This document shows, piece after piece, positions 1 to 14,500 of a stretch of 64,000 nt of DNA; within the stretch, counting starts at the first letter, position 1, and every line of letters begins with the position of its first letter. Origin of the DNA: Lepidodermella squamata (lineage: Eukaryota; Animalia; Gastrotricha); contig JBLDXI010000003.1 in assembly GCA_047495785.1 (NCBI GenBank), forward strand, positions 3,224,001 through 3,288,000, given 5' to 3'. The notes under the pieces were generated by a model that saw only the letters and a program-made list of their open reading frames with translations, had not been told where the DNA came from and did not search any database. A program made the translations under genes and the position numbers.

Positions 1-2328
1 GCTGTAGTAATTGGGGAAACAATAATCGAGTTTTTGCCGTAAAAATGTTTGCTATAATACATGCAAGTAGGCAGGTATATTTGAGCAAGCAAAGCCGGGC
101 CTGTCTGCGTATATATCATAGCCCGTTTTGTATTTATAACAATTACTCATCGTCGTATTTGTTGTTTTTCGGGCCCGAAAAGGTCACTACTCTACTTCAC
201 TCACACACCGGTGCTAATTGCGGGTTTCTGCGTGCGTTGTACCTTAGAAGGGATAGGCTCCTCCTCATCCTTTTCGTTGTGTTTATCCGAGGCGGCGTTG
301 TCATTTCGACCTCCCTATATGTACCGGTCTCTTGTTTACCCGGCGGCTGCTCTCTTGATACCTACGATAGATTGTCAACATCTTACTGCTACCACCACCA
401 CCACAGAGTGATTACCGGCATAGCTGTTGGTGGTGACGATGCGCGCCTCATCCCGCCCAACACCCACGCCAGCTGTAGTTTTATTGTAAAAATAATACAA
501 TTATTATATAACACGTCGGAATTCCTCTCCTGTTTTTTATCGCCTCGACAGATGTTTTCATTAAAAATATCTTTACAGCACAACATAGTATTATTACTAT
601 AGCCTTTATCTTTACGAATAATAATTGAGTAAGGGTCGAACAATTCGGCCGAATTTTCACCGCGCGTTATTGATACCTCATGGCCAATTAAGGTGCGAAA
701 AGAGCTGTTGTAGCGAGTTGGTAATAATTAATATGGGGTAACATGTGGTGGTGGTGTAGAATTCATCATCACACATACCACCGGCCGACGCGTCCCGCGA
801 TTATTATTATTATTTTTAACTACCCCACCCACCGACGTTTCTCATTCATTCTAATTGAAACCGCGCCGCAGGTACTTATTTTTCGGCTCAATCATCGATT
901 AAGATGGTATATCGTTTACTCGTTTGTTAAGGCGGGTTTTTACATACATCATTAAAAGCAGGCAGACAGATTTATTGCTGTTTTAAGAGGCAATCATAAT
1001 AATAATCGAGCGAGAGAGAGAGTCTATAGGTAGAATAGGAAGAGACCATTGTTTTAACCGGTGAAAACGTGTTAGCGCCGTATTGAGGAGGGGAAGGCCG
1101 CAATTTCTCCCCGCTATTATTCACTCTCATGTATCGCCTCTTCCGTCTTGGAACCAAACCCATTATAATTGTGTAGATGTAAGTATATAGTGTAGTCGTT
1201 CGTAGTAGGGCTATAACGCTTTAACATTCGCGCACTTTTATAAGGAACACTGGGGCGATCGATTTTTGAGCGTGTGCGTAAAGTCTGGCTGCCCCCGAGT
1301 GTGTATATACAGTATATTTCTACACACATATATATATACGCGCGTTATATATTATATTTATTCTCAGCAGCAGTGTAGGATGCATGGCTTTTGGGCTCAT
1401 CAATATAATATATTACTTCGTGCTACATTTACTATAGGAAATGTGTGTCGAAAAGGAAATCGTAAAGGGCTACACATATGTGACATGTTTGTGTGAATCA
1501 TGCGAAAATTACTCGCGTTATGGCTCCTCTGCGCACACGCGTGTGTGCAGGCCCAAAGATGACCATGTATATTCTGTCCTTATGAGGGTCCCCTCCTATA
1601 TATATTATACACTATGTTTATCCGGCACGCGCCCCTTATTTTAATACCCCCTCCCATCGCGTTGAGCAATCACTTCTTCGATTCGATTCCTTGTGGTCCA
1701 CTCATTTGGTCATAGGCCCCTAAAATTAGCCTCCATCACTTGTTGTTGTTCTGTCGTAATTTGTATGCCAGTCTCATTTCGAGATCATTCGCTAGTCAGT
1801 ATCATAATTATTTGCTATGCTTGGCAGAAATTTGTTGAGCACAGCTGTCTAATAACTACATCACATGCCTTTACATTCGTGTGTAAATCGGTCAGAAAAT
1901 ATGTAGAGATACGGATGAGATCACTTTTTCGCTACCGCTCGTCACGGCCGTTTAATAGACACGACTTTATTAGTAATTATTTCGTTTTTAATACCCTGGC
2001 CGGCTGCGCGGTTTTTCCCCTGCATCTGAAATGTACCTAATACACGCGCTGCAGTTTTTGTTGATTTTTTCGCGCCGGCGTTCTTATATTTGCTCATACT
2101 TCATCTTTTTAAATTACGCTAATTTATTATCATTATTTGAAATCCTCTTTAAATCATGCCCCCGGTTCATTTACAACGCACGAGCAACACACTTTTTGTC
2201 TTACTGTTTGTTTAATTCTTCACGTGGCATACCTTTTAACATCATCTACTATTACTACTACCACTGCGATATACATATAGGCCTTAGTTTTTTTAAATAC
2301 AAAATTATATCATTTAATTATCAAACAC

Positions 2329-2565
2329 ATGTCGTTATTTTGTTGTGGATGCGTCCGCCGGCCTAAGAAAAAGAGGAAGAGCTCAAACGGCAGAGATGCC
2401 GATGCCGTTGTGACTATCCTCGAACGGCCGCCATCCGTTACTAGTCTCTCAGTTGAAGATCTTTCACGGTTGAATAAGTTGAAAGAAGCCGCTCCAAGCT
2501 ACATTGATGATCACTCACCGACTCGTACCTCGCCGAAACCTGCATCTGCTATATCCTCACGAAAG
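2329..2565 (+). CDS. Candidate alternative first exon of the spectraplakin ([17 protein letters not shown]...)
   Basis: ATG 2329, 79 codons, donor AAG|GTTCGC at 2565/2566 (phase 0), matching the phase-0 acceptor TTTCAG|ATT at 2697 that begins CH2. Confidence 0.7.
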
Positions 2566-5500
2566 GTTCGCGTCGTCTGGCTCGTAAAAAATTTGCATCG
2601 ACCATAAAAAATGAAAAGCCGCTTATGTTTTTTTTATCATTTTCATCGCACGTAGTCTCGCAATGAGGTGTTAATTTTTTCATGCCGCTTTTTCAGATTT
2701 CTGAGGGATCGCCTGGCGGTACCGAAACTGCGGAGACTGCTAGGGACACCCTGTTTCAGTGGTGCAAACGCATGACCGAGGGCTATCCAGGCGTGCGAAT
2801 TCGAGATCTCGCCAACTCGTTTCGCGACGCTCTGCCTTTCCTCGCTATTATTCACAGGATACGGTGAGATAGAAAATCCTCCTTAAAATAAAACGATTTT
2901 TTATTGAATTTATTATTTTTCAGCCCTGATCTGGTCGACTACAAGGTTGTGAAGCAACAAAACTCGCAGCAAAACCTCGAATTAGCTTTTACTCTGGCCG
3001 AGCAACAACTCGGCGTGCCTAAACTACTCGACCCAGAAGGTATAAAATTATTTTTTAAGGTGGAATTTTTATTAATTCGATTTTATCGTATTTTTCTAGA
3101 TTTTCTCGGGTCTGAACTGGATGATAAATCAGTTATGACCTATTTATCGGCCTTACACCACGTCTTTCCTAATCCTCCTCACCCCGAGCAGTTGACCAAA
3201 GACCGCGAGCGAAAACTCGCGTACGAAGAGTACGTCGAACTCGCCGGCGGTCTCGTCGCGTGGCTGCTGCAGTCGATTTCTAGCGGCCTCATCGCCTCGC
3301 CGCTGCCTTCCGGCTTTGTCGAACTCAAACGCCTGCAATCAGACCTGACCCGCTTCCGGGTATCGGAACTACCCGCGAGGCAGGCCATCAAAGCCCGCCT
3401 CATCGAAGGCCGCGCTATTCTGGACCAATTCGAGCCGTTAGACGACGGCCTATTCGGTATTGCCGACGATCTACGGCTACCGGCGATTAACAACCAATGG
3501 GACACCCTAATGTCTCTTCTCCAATCGCGTGAAGTCGCCGTTTCCCAGGCGTTACACGGCCATGAGGCTTACGTGAATTTAACCGAGCGACTTCGCCACG
3601 ACTTCCGGAAGGTCGAAGAAACAATTTTCGAAGCTGATCGGAAGTTGCAAGAATTCGAACGTGCCTCGCCGGGCGATGATTTGGCGAAACAAATCGAGCA
3701 TACAGCAACGTCTGTGCGGCGGGCGAGCGACGTGATCGCGCGGTCCATCTCCGAACTGAAAGAAATGCGCGACTCACTGCCCGGCGCTGTCGACCCGGCT
3801 CAGGTCGAGCAGCTGCACGCTAAGGCGTGTCAATTAAATTCGACGTGTCTGAATCTGACAACTCGGCTGTCTGATGTGCAATCACGCGTGACGGGTGAGA
3901 AACCGACGCTGAAAAAAGTGGCGCCGTTGCCGCAGTTGGGTGCGCAAAGTCCTTCCGGTGTTTCGTTGCGCCCCACGGGTAAAGGCACCGAAATTCCTGT
4001 TACAACAACAACAGCGAGCTCAGCCGACTCGCTTGATTGGCTGCGTAAAAAGAAGGCGCAACTCGACAAATTCACGCACGCGGCTGATTACGACCCGTTA
4101 AAGCGGCAGCTAGCCGAGCAGCAGAAATTTCACCAAGAAGTCGTGCAATACGGTTCGAAAGTTGCCCCGGACCAGCAGCCGGCCTACGAAAATTTGGTCC
4201 AAAACTCGGCGGCGTTGTTAAAGAGCCTGCAATCGCTGTGTGATTTACTCGCCGCGTTAACTGCCCAATTAAGGTGGCTGGCCGAACAGCACGATGCCGA
4301 GGCGAACCGCGACTGGTCGAACTGTACGGTTAGCCTGGCGATGTTCGAGCGCCGTTATGAGTCACTAATGCAGGAGTTGGAGACGCGCCAGCCGCTGTGG
4401 TACGACCTCGTTAAACAGGCGCTATCGCTCGCCGACCACCCCGCGCATTTGCTCATCGAAACTTACACTGCTGCTCTCGAGGCTGAGTCGTCGGCCTTTC
4501 TGCAATTGATCGTCGCGTTTGAGACGCATCTCGACGACGCTAGGAAGATGAAGCTGTTCCAGACTGAGGTTATGGAGGGCGAGAAATTCCTGCATTCTAA
4601 AAACGAACAAATTTCAGCGAAGGACGTTACCACGGAGAAGGTTGCCGAAATTAAGGCGGAGATTGAAGAATTTGTCGCGCGGAAATTTTCGAAATTGAAA
4701 TCAACCGCACCGCAGTTGAGGCCGCTTTTCCCGGCTGATTGCTTAACGCAACCGCCGAAAACCGCCGAGGCGGTTTGTACCTACCCATCGATGCAAAACG
4801 GCAGCAGATCCGAGGGCCAGCAATTGGTGTTGAACGCGACGTACAACATCGTGCAATTGAACGCTGGCGGCAAGAAGTCGATGTGGAAAGTTGCGCCGAT
4901 TGCCGGGTCGGAATTGACAGCGCCTGCTGTTTGCTTCGCGCTACCGGCGCCGAGTAAAGGCGCGCTAGATCGCCTCTCGGCCCTCGAATCACGCGCCCAG
5001 TCTGTTACGAAAGCGGCTAGCACGCAGCTTAAAACCGCGAGAAAACGCGCGCTGCAAGACAAAATCAAATCGATTAAGGCGGCTGGGTCTACGCTATCGC
5101 CTGAAGAACTTCGCACACTTGTCGCATCGGCCGAGGCTGATTTACAGGCCCTGCAGGCTGAAACTGGAATGGACACCGGCTCGGCTGGGGTTAAACAGTC
5201 CGAGCTCGATCAAATGAAGAAAGATCTAGCCGAATCTTCGATCGCGTTGACAAGTGCGGATATGAACCAATCGATTGAAAATTTGAGGGCGAAATTGGTC
5301 GAAATCGACCAGGCCGCGAGTCAATCGAGCGACCAATCGAAGCCGGAAATCGAACGCCAGGCGTCGCTGCTCGAGAACGAAATTGCGGCGTTGTCGGCGA
5401 AACTAGCGCAAAGCGGCCAGTTTATGACGCCGGCGCAACGTCGCGCGCTAGAAATCAACCTTGCCGAGGCGAAAAATCGCCTCAAAGGTGTGAAATCGAA

Positions 5501-8500
5501 ACTCAGCGCTGGCAAATCGTCGAAAGAGGCCGCTAGTCGAGTTCAAGCAGCGACTAACGAATTGAACCAGGCCTTGCTTAGCGCCTCGCCTCTATTGCCG
5601 ACCGATCAAAATTCAATGGCTGCTCTCGCGAAAGAACTCGAAAATCTGGCGAAAAAGACCGCTGGCTTCAAAAGCGATGTTTCCGACCTCGAGGCAGCGA
5701 AAAATACCGATATTTTACCTGTTTGGAAGGAATCAAACGCCGAGCTGGAAAAACGAGCCCTGGCGGTTAGACGCGGTGCTGATGCCTTGAATCAATTCCG
5801 ATCAGCGGCCGGCGAACGGGCGCGTATTAGCGATGCGTTGAAACTTCAACTTCAAAACATGGGCGCGAACAAATTAACGGCAAATGAATTGAGCGATATG
5901 CAAACCGCAGTTTCAGCTCATTGCAAGGCCGTTGAGCGGCTCAATGTTCTAGCGAAACAAGTTGCGGCTCCCACTGAAATCTACGCGAATCTCGTCAACG
6001 ATTTCGCGGAGAAAAAGGGCCAAAAATCGAGCGTTGCCCCGACGAAACTAACGCCAGTTGACGAGGAGACAGTCCGCCTTAACGAAGAGGCATTGAAGCT
6101 GCTCGAATCGTTCACGCAACGCGTTCAAGCCGGAAATATTCCAGTTTCTGAGCAACGGAAATTCGCTGAATCTATCGACCAGTTGCGGAAGGGTGTTAAG
6201 AAGTCATTTGATGATACCGGTATTCGCAAGTCGTTCGACGAGCCGAATGTTGAGGCGCAACTCGCCGCGGCTTTGGCTGTCACGGTTCAGCGAGCGTTGG
6301 ATGGCAAAAATTCCGACTCGCCGGCCTATCGCGATCCTGTTACTAATCAAACTTTGACGTTGAAGGAGGCGATTAATCAAGGCTTGATCGACCCGGTCGC
6401 CGGTACTGTTTACGACCCGGTTACCGGTAAATTCCAGCCGATTGACGAGGCGATTAAGAAGGGCCTAGTCGACCCGGCGTTGGTCTCGACCTTGAAATCT
6501 AACGCGAAATCTGATCTTATGAACGCTCCAGCTCTTAAAGATCCGAAGACTAACAAGTCGATATCGCTGAAGGAGGCTATCGAGCAGGGCTTGGTTGACC
6601 TGAAAAACGGGACAGTTCTCAACCCGGCGACTGGTAAGCATGAATCTCTGGATTCTGCGGCGAAGAAGGGTCTCATTGACGCGGCGTTGGTCGCCCAGCT
6701 CAAATCACCCCTTGCGACTATTCCAGCAGATACTCCGGCATTCCATGATCCGAAGACGAAAAAAGTCCTGTCGCTGAGTGAAGCCGTCGACCAGGGCCTT
6801 ATCAACCTGGCGAATGGTACTGTTTTCAACCCGAACACTGGTAAACACGAATCGCTTGAAACTGCGATTAAAAACGGTACTATCGACCCGGCGCTGGTTG
6901 AAAAGTTGAAGGAGTCGACCCCGCTAGCTGTCATAGCCTCCGATACTCCGGCTTTGAAAGACCCGGCGAGTAATAAGACTCTTACTCTTAAGGAGGCTGT
7001 TGATAAGGGTCTGATCAACATTGCGGCTGGAACTGTTTTCAACCCAGCCACCGGCAAGCATGAATCACTGGATTCTGCGGTTAAAAACGGTCTCATCGAC
7101 CCGGCCCTGGTTGCCAGGCTCCGGTCTAACAGCCAGTCTAACAAACCCGCGCCGAACCGGCTACTCGAATCAGCCGCCCTTCGCGACCCGAAAACGAATG
7201 AAGTAATGTCGCTTCATGACGCGGTCGAGCGGGGTTTGATTGATTTGAAGGCCGGCACCGTGTTCAACCCGGCGACGGGTAAACACGAGTCGCTGGAGAG
7301 CGCCGTTAAAAAGGGCCTCATCGACCCTGTTATCGTTGAGCAACTCACCTCTTCCACGCCACTTGTCGCCATTCCTCAAGACTGCCCAGCTTACCGTGAT
7401 CCGGTCACTAATAAGGTAATTTCACATTTTTTAAGCTGGATTTGTTGTAATTTATTGTTTTTTTCTAGACTTTGTCTCTGAAAGAAGCCGTTGACCGGGG
7501 CTTCATTGATCTTAAAGCTGGTACGGTCTTCGACCCGGCCACTGGCAAGCACGAGTCGCTAGCCGTTGCTCTCAAGAAAGGTCTCATCGACCCGGCGTTG
7601 GCGCAGGAGCTCAAAGCCGCCAGCCCGCTGGTCGGCGTTGCCTCCGACACGCCAGCCATGAAAGACCCCGAGTCGAACAAAACTCTCAGCTTGAAGGAGG
7701 CCATCGACTCAGGCCTTATCAACGTGAATGCCGGTACGGTTTTCGATAAATCAACCGGCAAACACGTGCCTCTTGACGAGGCTGTGAAGAAGGGCCTGGT
7801 CGCGCCTGCCCTGGTCAAACAGCTCAAATTGGCCAAGGCGAAGATGGACTCGCTGCTCGATAAGCCGGCCCTTCGCGATCCGAAGACTAACCAAACGCTG
7901 ACGGTCGCTGAGGCTGTTGAGCGGGGTTTGATTGATTTGAAAAGCGGGACTATCATAAACCCGACAACTGGCAAGCGGGAGACTTTGGAAGAGGCTGCTA
8001 AGAAGGGTCTTATCGACCCGGTTCTTGCCCAGCAGTTGGCTTCCAACTCACCCCTGGCTGCGATTTCGGGAGACACCGCAGCGTATCGCGACCCTGAAAC
8101 TAACGAAGTGTTAACCCTGGAGGAGGCTGTTAGCCAGGGTTTGATCGACCTAGCGGCCGGTACTGTTTTCGACCCGAGAACCGGTCAGCATGAGTCGATT
8201 GAAAATGCCGTGAAGAAGGGCTTGATCGACCAATCTCTGGTCGACCAGCTTAAAGAATCGTCGCCACTTGCCATTATTCCGTCAAACACCCCTGCGATGA
8301 AAGACCCGAAGTCGAATAAGACGCTCAGCCTTAAGGAGGCTGTCGACCAGGGCCTTATCAACGTAGCGGCTGGTACTGTTTTCAACGCGAAAACCGGCAA
8401 GCATGAGCCGTTGGAAGTTGCGGTGAAAAACGGCCTCGTCGACGCGGCTCTTGTCAAACAAATTAAGGCGGCTCAGAATAAGGAAAACCTGATGGAACAG

Positions 8501-11500
8501 CCTGTTTTGAAAGACCCGAAGACCAACGAAACTTTGACGTTGAAAGAAGCTGTTGAACGTGGCCTTGTCGATTTGAAGCAGGGCACTGTTTTCAACCCGG
8601 CGACTGGCAAGCATGAATCGCTTGAATCTGCTGCGAAAAAGGGTCTCATCGACCCGGCGATCGCCGAGCAAATCAAGTCTGGCAGCGCTTTGGCCGCTGT
8701 TCCAGCTGAAACCCCGGCCTACGTCGATCCGACCACGAATAAGACGCTGTCGTTGAAGGAAGCTGTTTCGAAGGGCTTGATTGACCTGAAAGCCGGGACA
8801 GTTTTCAACCCGCAAACTGGGCAGCACGAGTCGCTCGCCAGGGCTGTGGAGAACGGCCTTATCGACCCGAACTTGGCCGAGCAGCTGAAGGAATCGACCC
8901 CTCTTGCAGTCATTGACTCAAACACCCCAGCTTTGAAAGATCCAACTACCAATAAGACCATCAGTCTTAAGGAGGCTGTTGATAAGGGTCTGATCAACAT
9001 CGCTGCCGGTACTGTTTTCAACCCTGCGACTGGTAAGCATGAGTCGATTGAATCTGCCGCGAAGAAGGGCCTGGTCGACGCTGCCCTGGTTAATCAGCTC
9101 AAATCGATAGGCGCATTTCCCGAGGCTGATAACCGTCTACTCGACCAGCCAGCTTATACCGACCCGAAAACGAATGAAAAATTGACGCTGGAACAGGCGG
9201 TTGAGAAGGGCTTGATTGACCTGAAGAACGGGACCGTTTTCAACCCGGCGACTGGGAAGCACGAATCGCTCGATTCAGCCGCGAAGAAAGGCTTGATCGA
9301 CCCGGTTGTAGCCGAGAAGTTGAAGTCGGCCTCCAGTCCGTTAGCCGCCATTTCCTCTGACAGCCCGGCCTACCGTGACCCGGTTACCAATGAGACATTA
9401 ACTCTACAACAGGCTGTCGAGAAGGGCTTGATTGATCTTAAATCCGGGTCTGTTTTCAACCCGGCAACCGGTAAGCATGAGTCACTGGAATCTGCGGTGA
9501 AAAAAGGCCTGGTTGACCCGGCCCTGGTCGAACAACTGAAAGAGTCGACCCCGCTAGCCCTAGTCTCACAAGATACCCCGGCTTTCCACGATCCGAAGAC
9601 TAACAAAACGCTGAGTCTGAAGGAGGCGGTTGACAAGGGTTTGATTAACCTGGCCGCTGGAACTGTTTTCAACCCTGAAACCGGTAAACACGAATCGATT
9701 GAATCTGCGATTAAACACGGTTTAGTCGACCCGGTTTTGGCGAAGAAGCTGCAAGATATCGAAAACCAGGGCGAGAATCTGCTGGAAAAACCAGCTTACC
9801 ACGACCCGAAAACCAACAAAACGTTGACCCTGGAGCAGGCTATTGACCAGGGTTTGATCGATTTGAACACCGGGTCTGTTTTCAACCCGGCCACTGGTAG
9901 GCGGGAATCGCTCGACTCGGCGGTTAAGAAGGGTTTAATCGACGCTTCGATGGCCGAGCAGCTCAAAACACCGAGTGTTGTCGCAGTCCTTACTCAGGGC
10001 GTTGATAGCTCGATGTTGGACAAACCAGCTTTCCACGACCCGGCTACGAATAAGACCTTGAATTTGAAGGAAGCCATTGATCAGGGCTTGATCGACGTGA
10101 AAGCTGGCACGGTTTTCAATCCGAAAACTGGCAAGCAAGAGTCGTTTGAATCGGCTGTTAAGAAGGGCCTGATCGATGCTGATCTGGTCGAAAGTTTGGA
10201 GGGCTCTGGTCCTATGCTTGAAATGCCGGTCTTGCGCGATCCTCGAACAAATGAGCCGATCACATTACGCGAGGCTATCGACCAGGGTTTGGTCGACCTG
10301 AAGGCTGGAACGATTTTCAACGCTGCGACTGGTAAGCATGAATCGCTGGAAGTCGCAGCTAGTAAGGGCCTTATCGACCCGGCAGTTGCCGACCGCCTTA
10401 AAAACGCGAAAGCCGCAGAAATCATCTCATCTAGCGGGCAGCGACTCATGGAATCGCCTGCATACAAAGACCCGAAAACGAATAAAACACTGACGTTGAA
10501 GGAGGCGGTTGACCAGGGCCTGATTGACCTGAAAAACGGGACAGTCTTCAACCCTGCGACTGGTAAGCATGAATCGCTGGAATCTGCCGCGAAGAAGGGC
10601 TTGGTTGACCCGGAACTGGTCGAAAAACTCAACTCGCCTACAGCTTTAGCAGTCATTCCACCCGACTGCCCGGCCTTCCATGACTCGAAGACCGGCAAAA
10701 CTCTATCGCTTCAAGAGGCTGTTGACCAGGGCCTGATTAACCTAAATACCGGGACAGTTTTCAATCCGGCGACTGGTAAGCACGAGTCGTTGGAAAGCGC
10801 TGTTAAGAAGGGCTTGGTTGACCGGGCATTGGTCGACCGGCTTTCGAAATCGCCCAGCCTAGCCGGATCTGATGCCAAGTTGCTGGACGTTGTCGCGTTC
10901 CACGACCCGAAAACCAACAAATCGCTCACTCTTAAGGAGGCTGTCGATCAGGGAATTATCGATCTCAAAGCCGGTACCGTTCTCAACCCGGCGACTGGTA
11001 AACACGAGTCGATTGAATCTGCGGTGAAGAATGGCCTGATTGACGCGAGTGTCGCGCAACAGTTGACCTCGACCAACCCGTTGGCTGTAATTTCGCAAGA
11101 CATCCCGGCTTTCCGCGACCCGGCTAGCAACCAGACTTTGTCGCTGAAGGATGCTATCGATCAGGGTTATATCGATTTGCAGGCTGGTACGGTGTTCAAC
11201 CCGGCGACTGGTATGCACGAGTCGCTGGAATCGGCTGTTCGAAAGGGCCTCGTCGACCCGGCTCTTGTCGAAGAACTCAAAACTACGGCACCCCTCGCCG
11301 TTGTTGCGGCCGAATGCCCGGCGTACCACGACCCGAAGTCGAATAAGACCCTCAGCCTGAAGGAGGCCGTTGACCAGGGTCTGATTAACGTGAATGCTGG
11401 TACGGTATTCAACCCGACGACCGGTAAACACGTCCCGTTGGATGAGGCGATTAAACAGGGTCTGGTCGACCCGGCCTTGGTCAAACGCCTTGGAGCCTCT

Positions 11501-14500
11501 ACCCCACTGGCGCTTATCCCGCCGGAAAGCCCGGCCTACCACGACCCGGTCACGAACCAAACTCTGACATTGAAGGAAGCTATCGATCAAGGCTTGATTG
11601 ACCTGAAAAACGGGACAGTTTTCAACCCAGCGACTGGCCAGAACGAGTCGTTGGAAGCCGCGGCGAAGAAGGGCCTTCTCGACCCGGCTATTGCCGAGAG
11701 CCTCAAAACTGCAAGTGCCTTGGCCATCATCCCGCCTGGCACGGAGAATCGGCTATTAGACACACCAGCCTTCTACAACCCGTCGACTCAACAAACTCTG
11801 TCGCTGAAAGACGCGTTGAGCCAGGGTTTGATCGATCTGAAACAAGGCACTGTTTTCAACCCGAAAACCGGGAAGAACGAGTCGCTTGACGATGCGATTC
11901 GCCACGGTTTGATCAACGCTGCTTTAGTCGATCGACTCAACGCCTCCAGTGGCTTGGTCGATGAAAGCGGGGTTGAACTCAGCCTTCTCGACGCCATTCA
12001 ATCTGGCTATATCGATGCTGAGAAAGAGGCGATTGCCGTCGGGGATAAACTCATCCCGCTATCGGACGCGGCCCGGTTGTACCCGGACATGGTGCCTGGT
12101 AAGCTGCTGGCCCTAGTCGAGGGTGCCCCATCAACACCCCGGCCGGCTAACTACAACATTGTCAGCGAAACCGAGGTCGTTTTCGACCCGAGTGGTAAAC
12201 GCGAAAATGCTATGTTGAGCATTGCCGAGGCGATTCGCCAAGGCCTGGTTTCGTCGGACGGTACCATCATGGACCCGGCTACCGGGGAGCAAATCACCCT
12301 GGTCGACGCGGTTAATTCCGGCCTGCTGTCTGGTGATATCAAAGAAATCATCGTACCCCGCCAGGACGGCCAACCCGGGGTTGAACGCATCTCCCTGGCT
12401 GAGGCTGTTCAACGGGGCCTTCTCGACCCGGAAAGCGGCGATTTAATCGTCGATGGGCAGCGGGTTAGCCTCCTCGACGCGCAACAACGCGGCGTTATCG
12501 CTGAGCCGATGAAGCTGTTCGATGCTGTCGCCAATGGCCTCCTGAGTGCCGATGGCAAAATCACCGACCCGGCTACCGGGGAGACTATGACTATCAACGA
12601 GGCGATCGCATGCGGGCTGCTCGATGGCAATGAAAAGTGCCTGAGAGATCCGAGAAATAACCAGCCAATCTCGTTGCTGGAGGCTGTTAACGAGGGCCTA
12701 GTCGACCCTGACGACTTCAGCCTAGCCGTCGCGCCCGAGGGTGACCCGAACGCCGAGCCAGTTAGCACGTCGTTGCTCGAGGCGATTCAATGCGGGGCGA
12801 TTACTGTTCAAAAAGAAACGACTGAATTCACGAGCCGAGACATTATCGACCCGAGAACTGGCCGTATGTTGACGCTGAACGAAGCCCTGCAATCCGGGGT
12901 CATTGATCTCGAATCGGGTAACTACGTCAACCCTGAAACGGGTGATGTTCTCTCGCTGAGTGAGGCCGAGAAACAAGGCCTTGTACCAACTGGCCTTGAC
13001 GCGTTACTCTCGAGCTCAACTGCCTTCGCAGATTCAACCGGGCAGAAACTGGTTTTGAGTGATTTGATCTCGAATGGCCTCTTCGACCCGGCCACGGGTA
13101 ATTTGACCAACCCTGGTACCGGGGAGACGATGACAATAGCCGAGGCGCAGAATACCGGCCTACTTCAACCTGAACAAGCCGATGCTTTGGCGAAATTATT
13201 CGGAGCTATGAGTGTTAAACGGCTGATTTTGGACACGAGTTCCCTTGTCTCACCAGCCGGTGGCTCGGGTTCCACGACTGGTTCTGGAACCGGGCCGACT
13301 GATGGTGGGGACAGCGGGGTTTCTTCCGTCCCGACCGGTAGCCAGGGCGTCAGCCCGGGTAACAGCCCGCCAATGCCGGACAGCCGCGGTAAACCTGGTA
13401 AGACCCAGCCTGAAAAGGCGACTGAAAAACCAGTCGCGGCAGCGCCTGAAAACCGCCGCCGGTCTAGTACCAGCGGCCCGTCAGCTGCCGGGTCTGAGGC
13501 GTTGCTTCTATGCGCTGTTGTTAACCCTGAAACCGGCGAGCAGATGTCGATAGCCGACGCTGAACGGCTCGGTTTGATTGATTTGAAGCGCGGGACATTG
13601 CGAAACCCGGCGACTGGCGAGGAGATGAGCCTGGACGCTGCGATTGCCGAGGGTCTAGTCATCACCAACGGCGATAACCGCCCTCTCGACACGTCAGGCC
13701 GAGATCTTGAAATCGTCTCAGTCTACGATCATAAGACGAAAAATTTCATCCCGGTCGAAGAGGCGGTTAAACGCGGCATTTTCAACCCGGATACGAAGGA
13801 ATTCATCGACCCAACCACCGGCCGGCCGATGCCGTTGGACGAGGCCATCGCGAACGGGCTATTGAAGGCTGAACCGGCTAGTGGGGAGGATCTGGCGATT
13901 CTTTCAGTCTACGACGCTCGGACTGACTCGTTCGTTCCGCTTGAAAAGGCGATTGAAACCGGCATTTTCGACCTAGCCGGTAACAGTTACCGAAACCCGG
14001 TTACTGGAGCCAATTTATCTATCAACGAAGCGATTGACGCTGGTTTTATCAAGACTGGTAAACCGGTTGTTTATTGCGTGAAGGGCGAGCCGGTCAAATC
14101 GAACGATGTCGTAGTCGATTCCGTTACCGACCCGAACACCGGGGAGGAAATTTCCGCCGCGACCGCTATTGCTCGCGGTATCTTAGACCGGGATCTGACG
14201 ACCTACCGCAACCCAGATTCGGGTGAGACGATGACCCTGGCTGAGGCGATTGCCCACGGCCTGCTTCGCGCCCGCCGTTTGAGTGATAGCAGCTCGAATG
14301 GTAAGGAAAGTAACGTCCCACCGGCTGATTTCCAGCCTCAGCGCCGGGCGTCGCAAGTTTCCGATACCGGCAGCACTCTATGCGAGCTGGAGTCTGCAAT
14401 CGATACCCGGACCGGTCAGCCGCTTGATATCAACAGCGCGATTGATCTGGGCATTCTCGACGAAAATTGCACGACTTTCACGGATTTGTCAACCGGCGAG

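Noticed and set aside
45-2300. ORFs of 60-185 aa in the first 2.3 kb
   Set aside because: AT-rich, low-complexity translations with no recognisable motif. Most likely intron or promoter of the spectraplakin.
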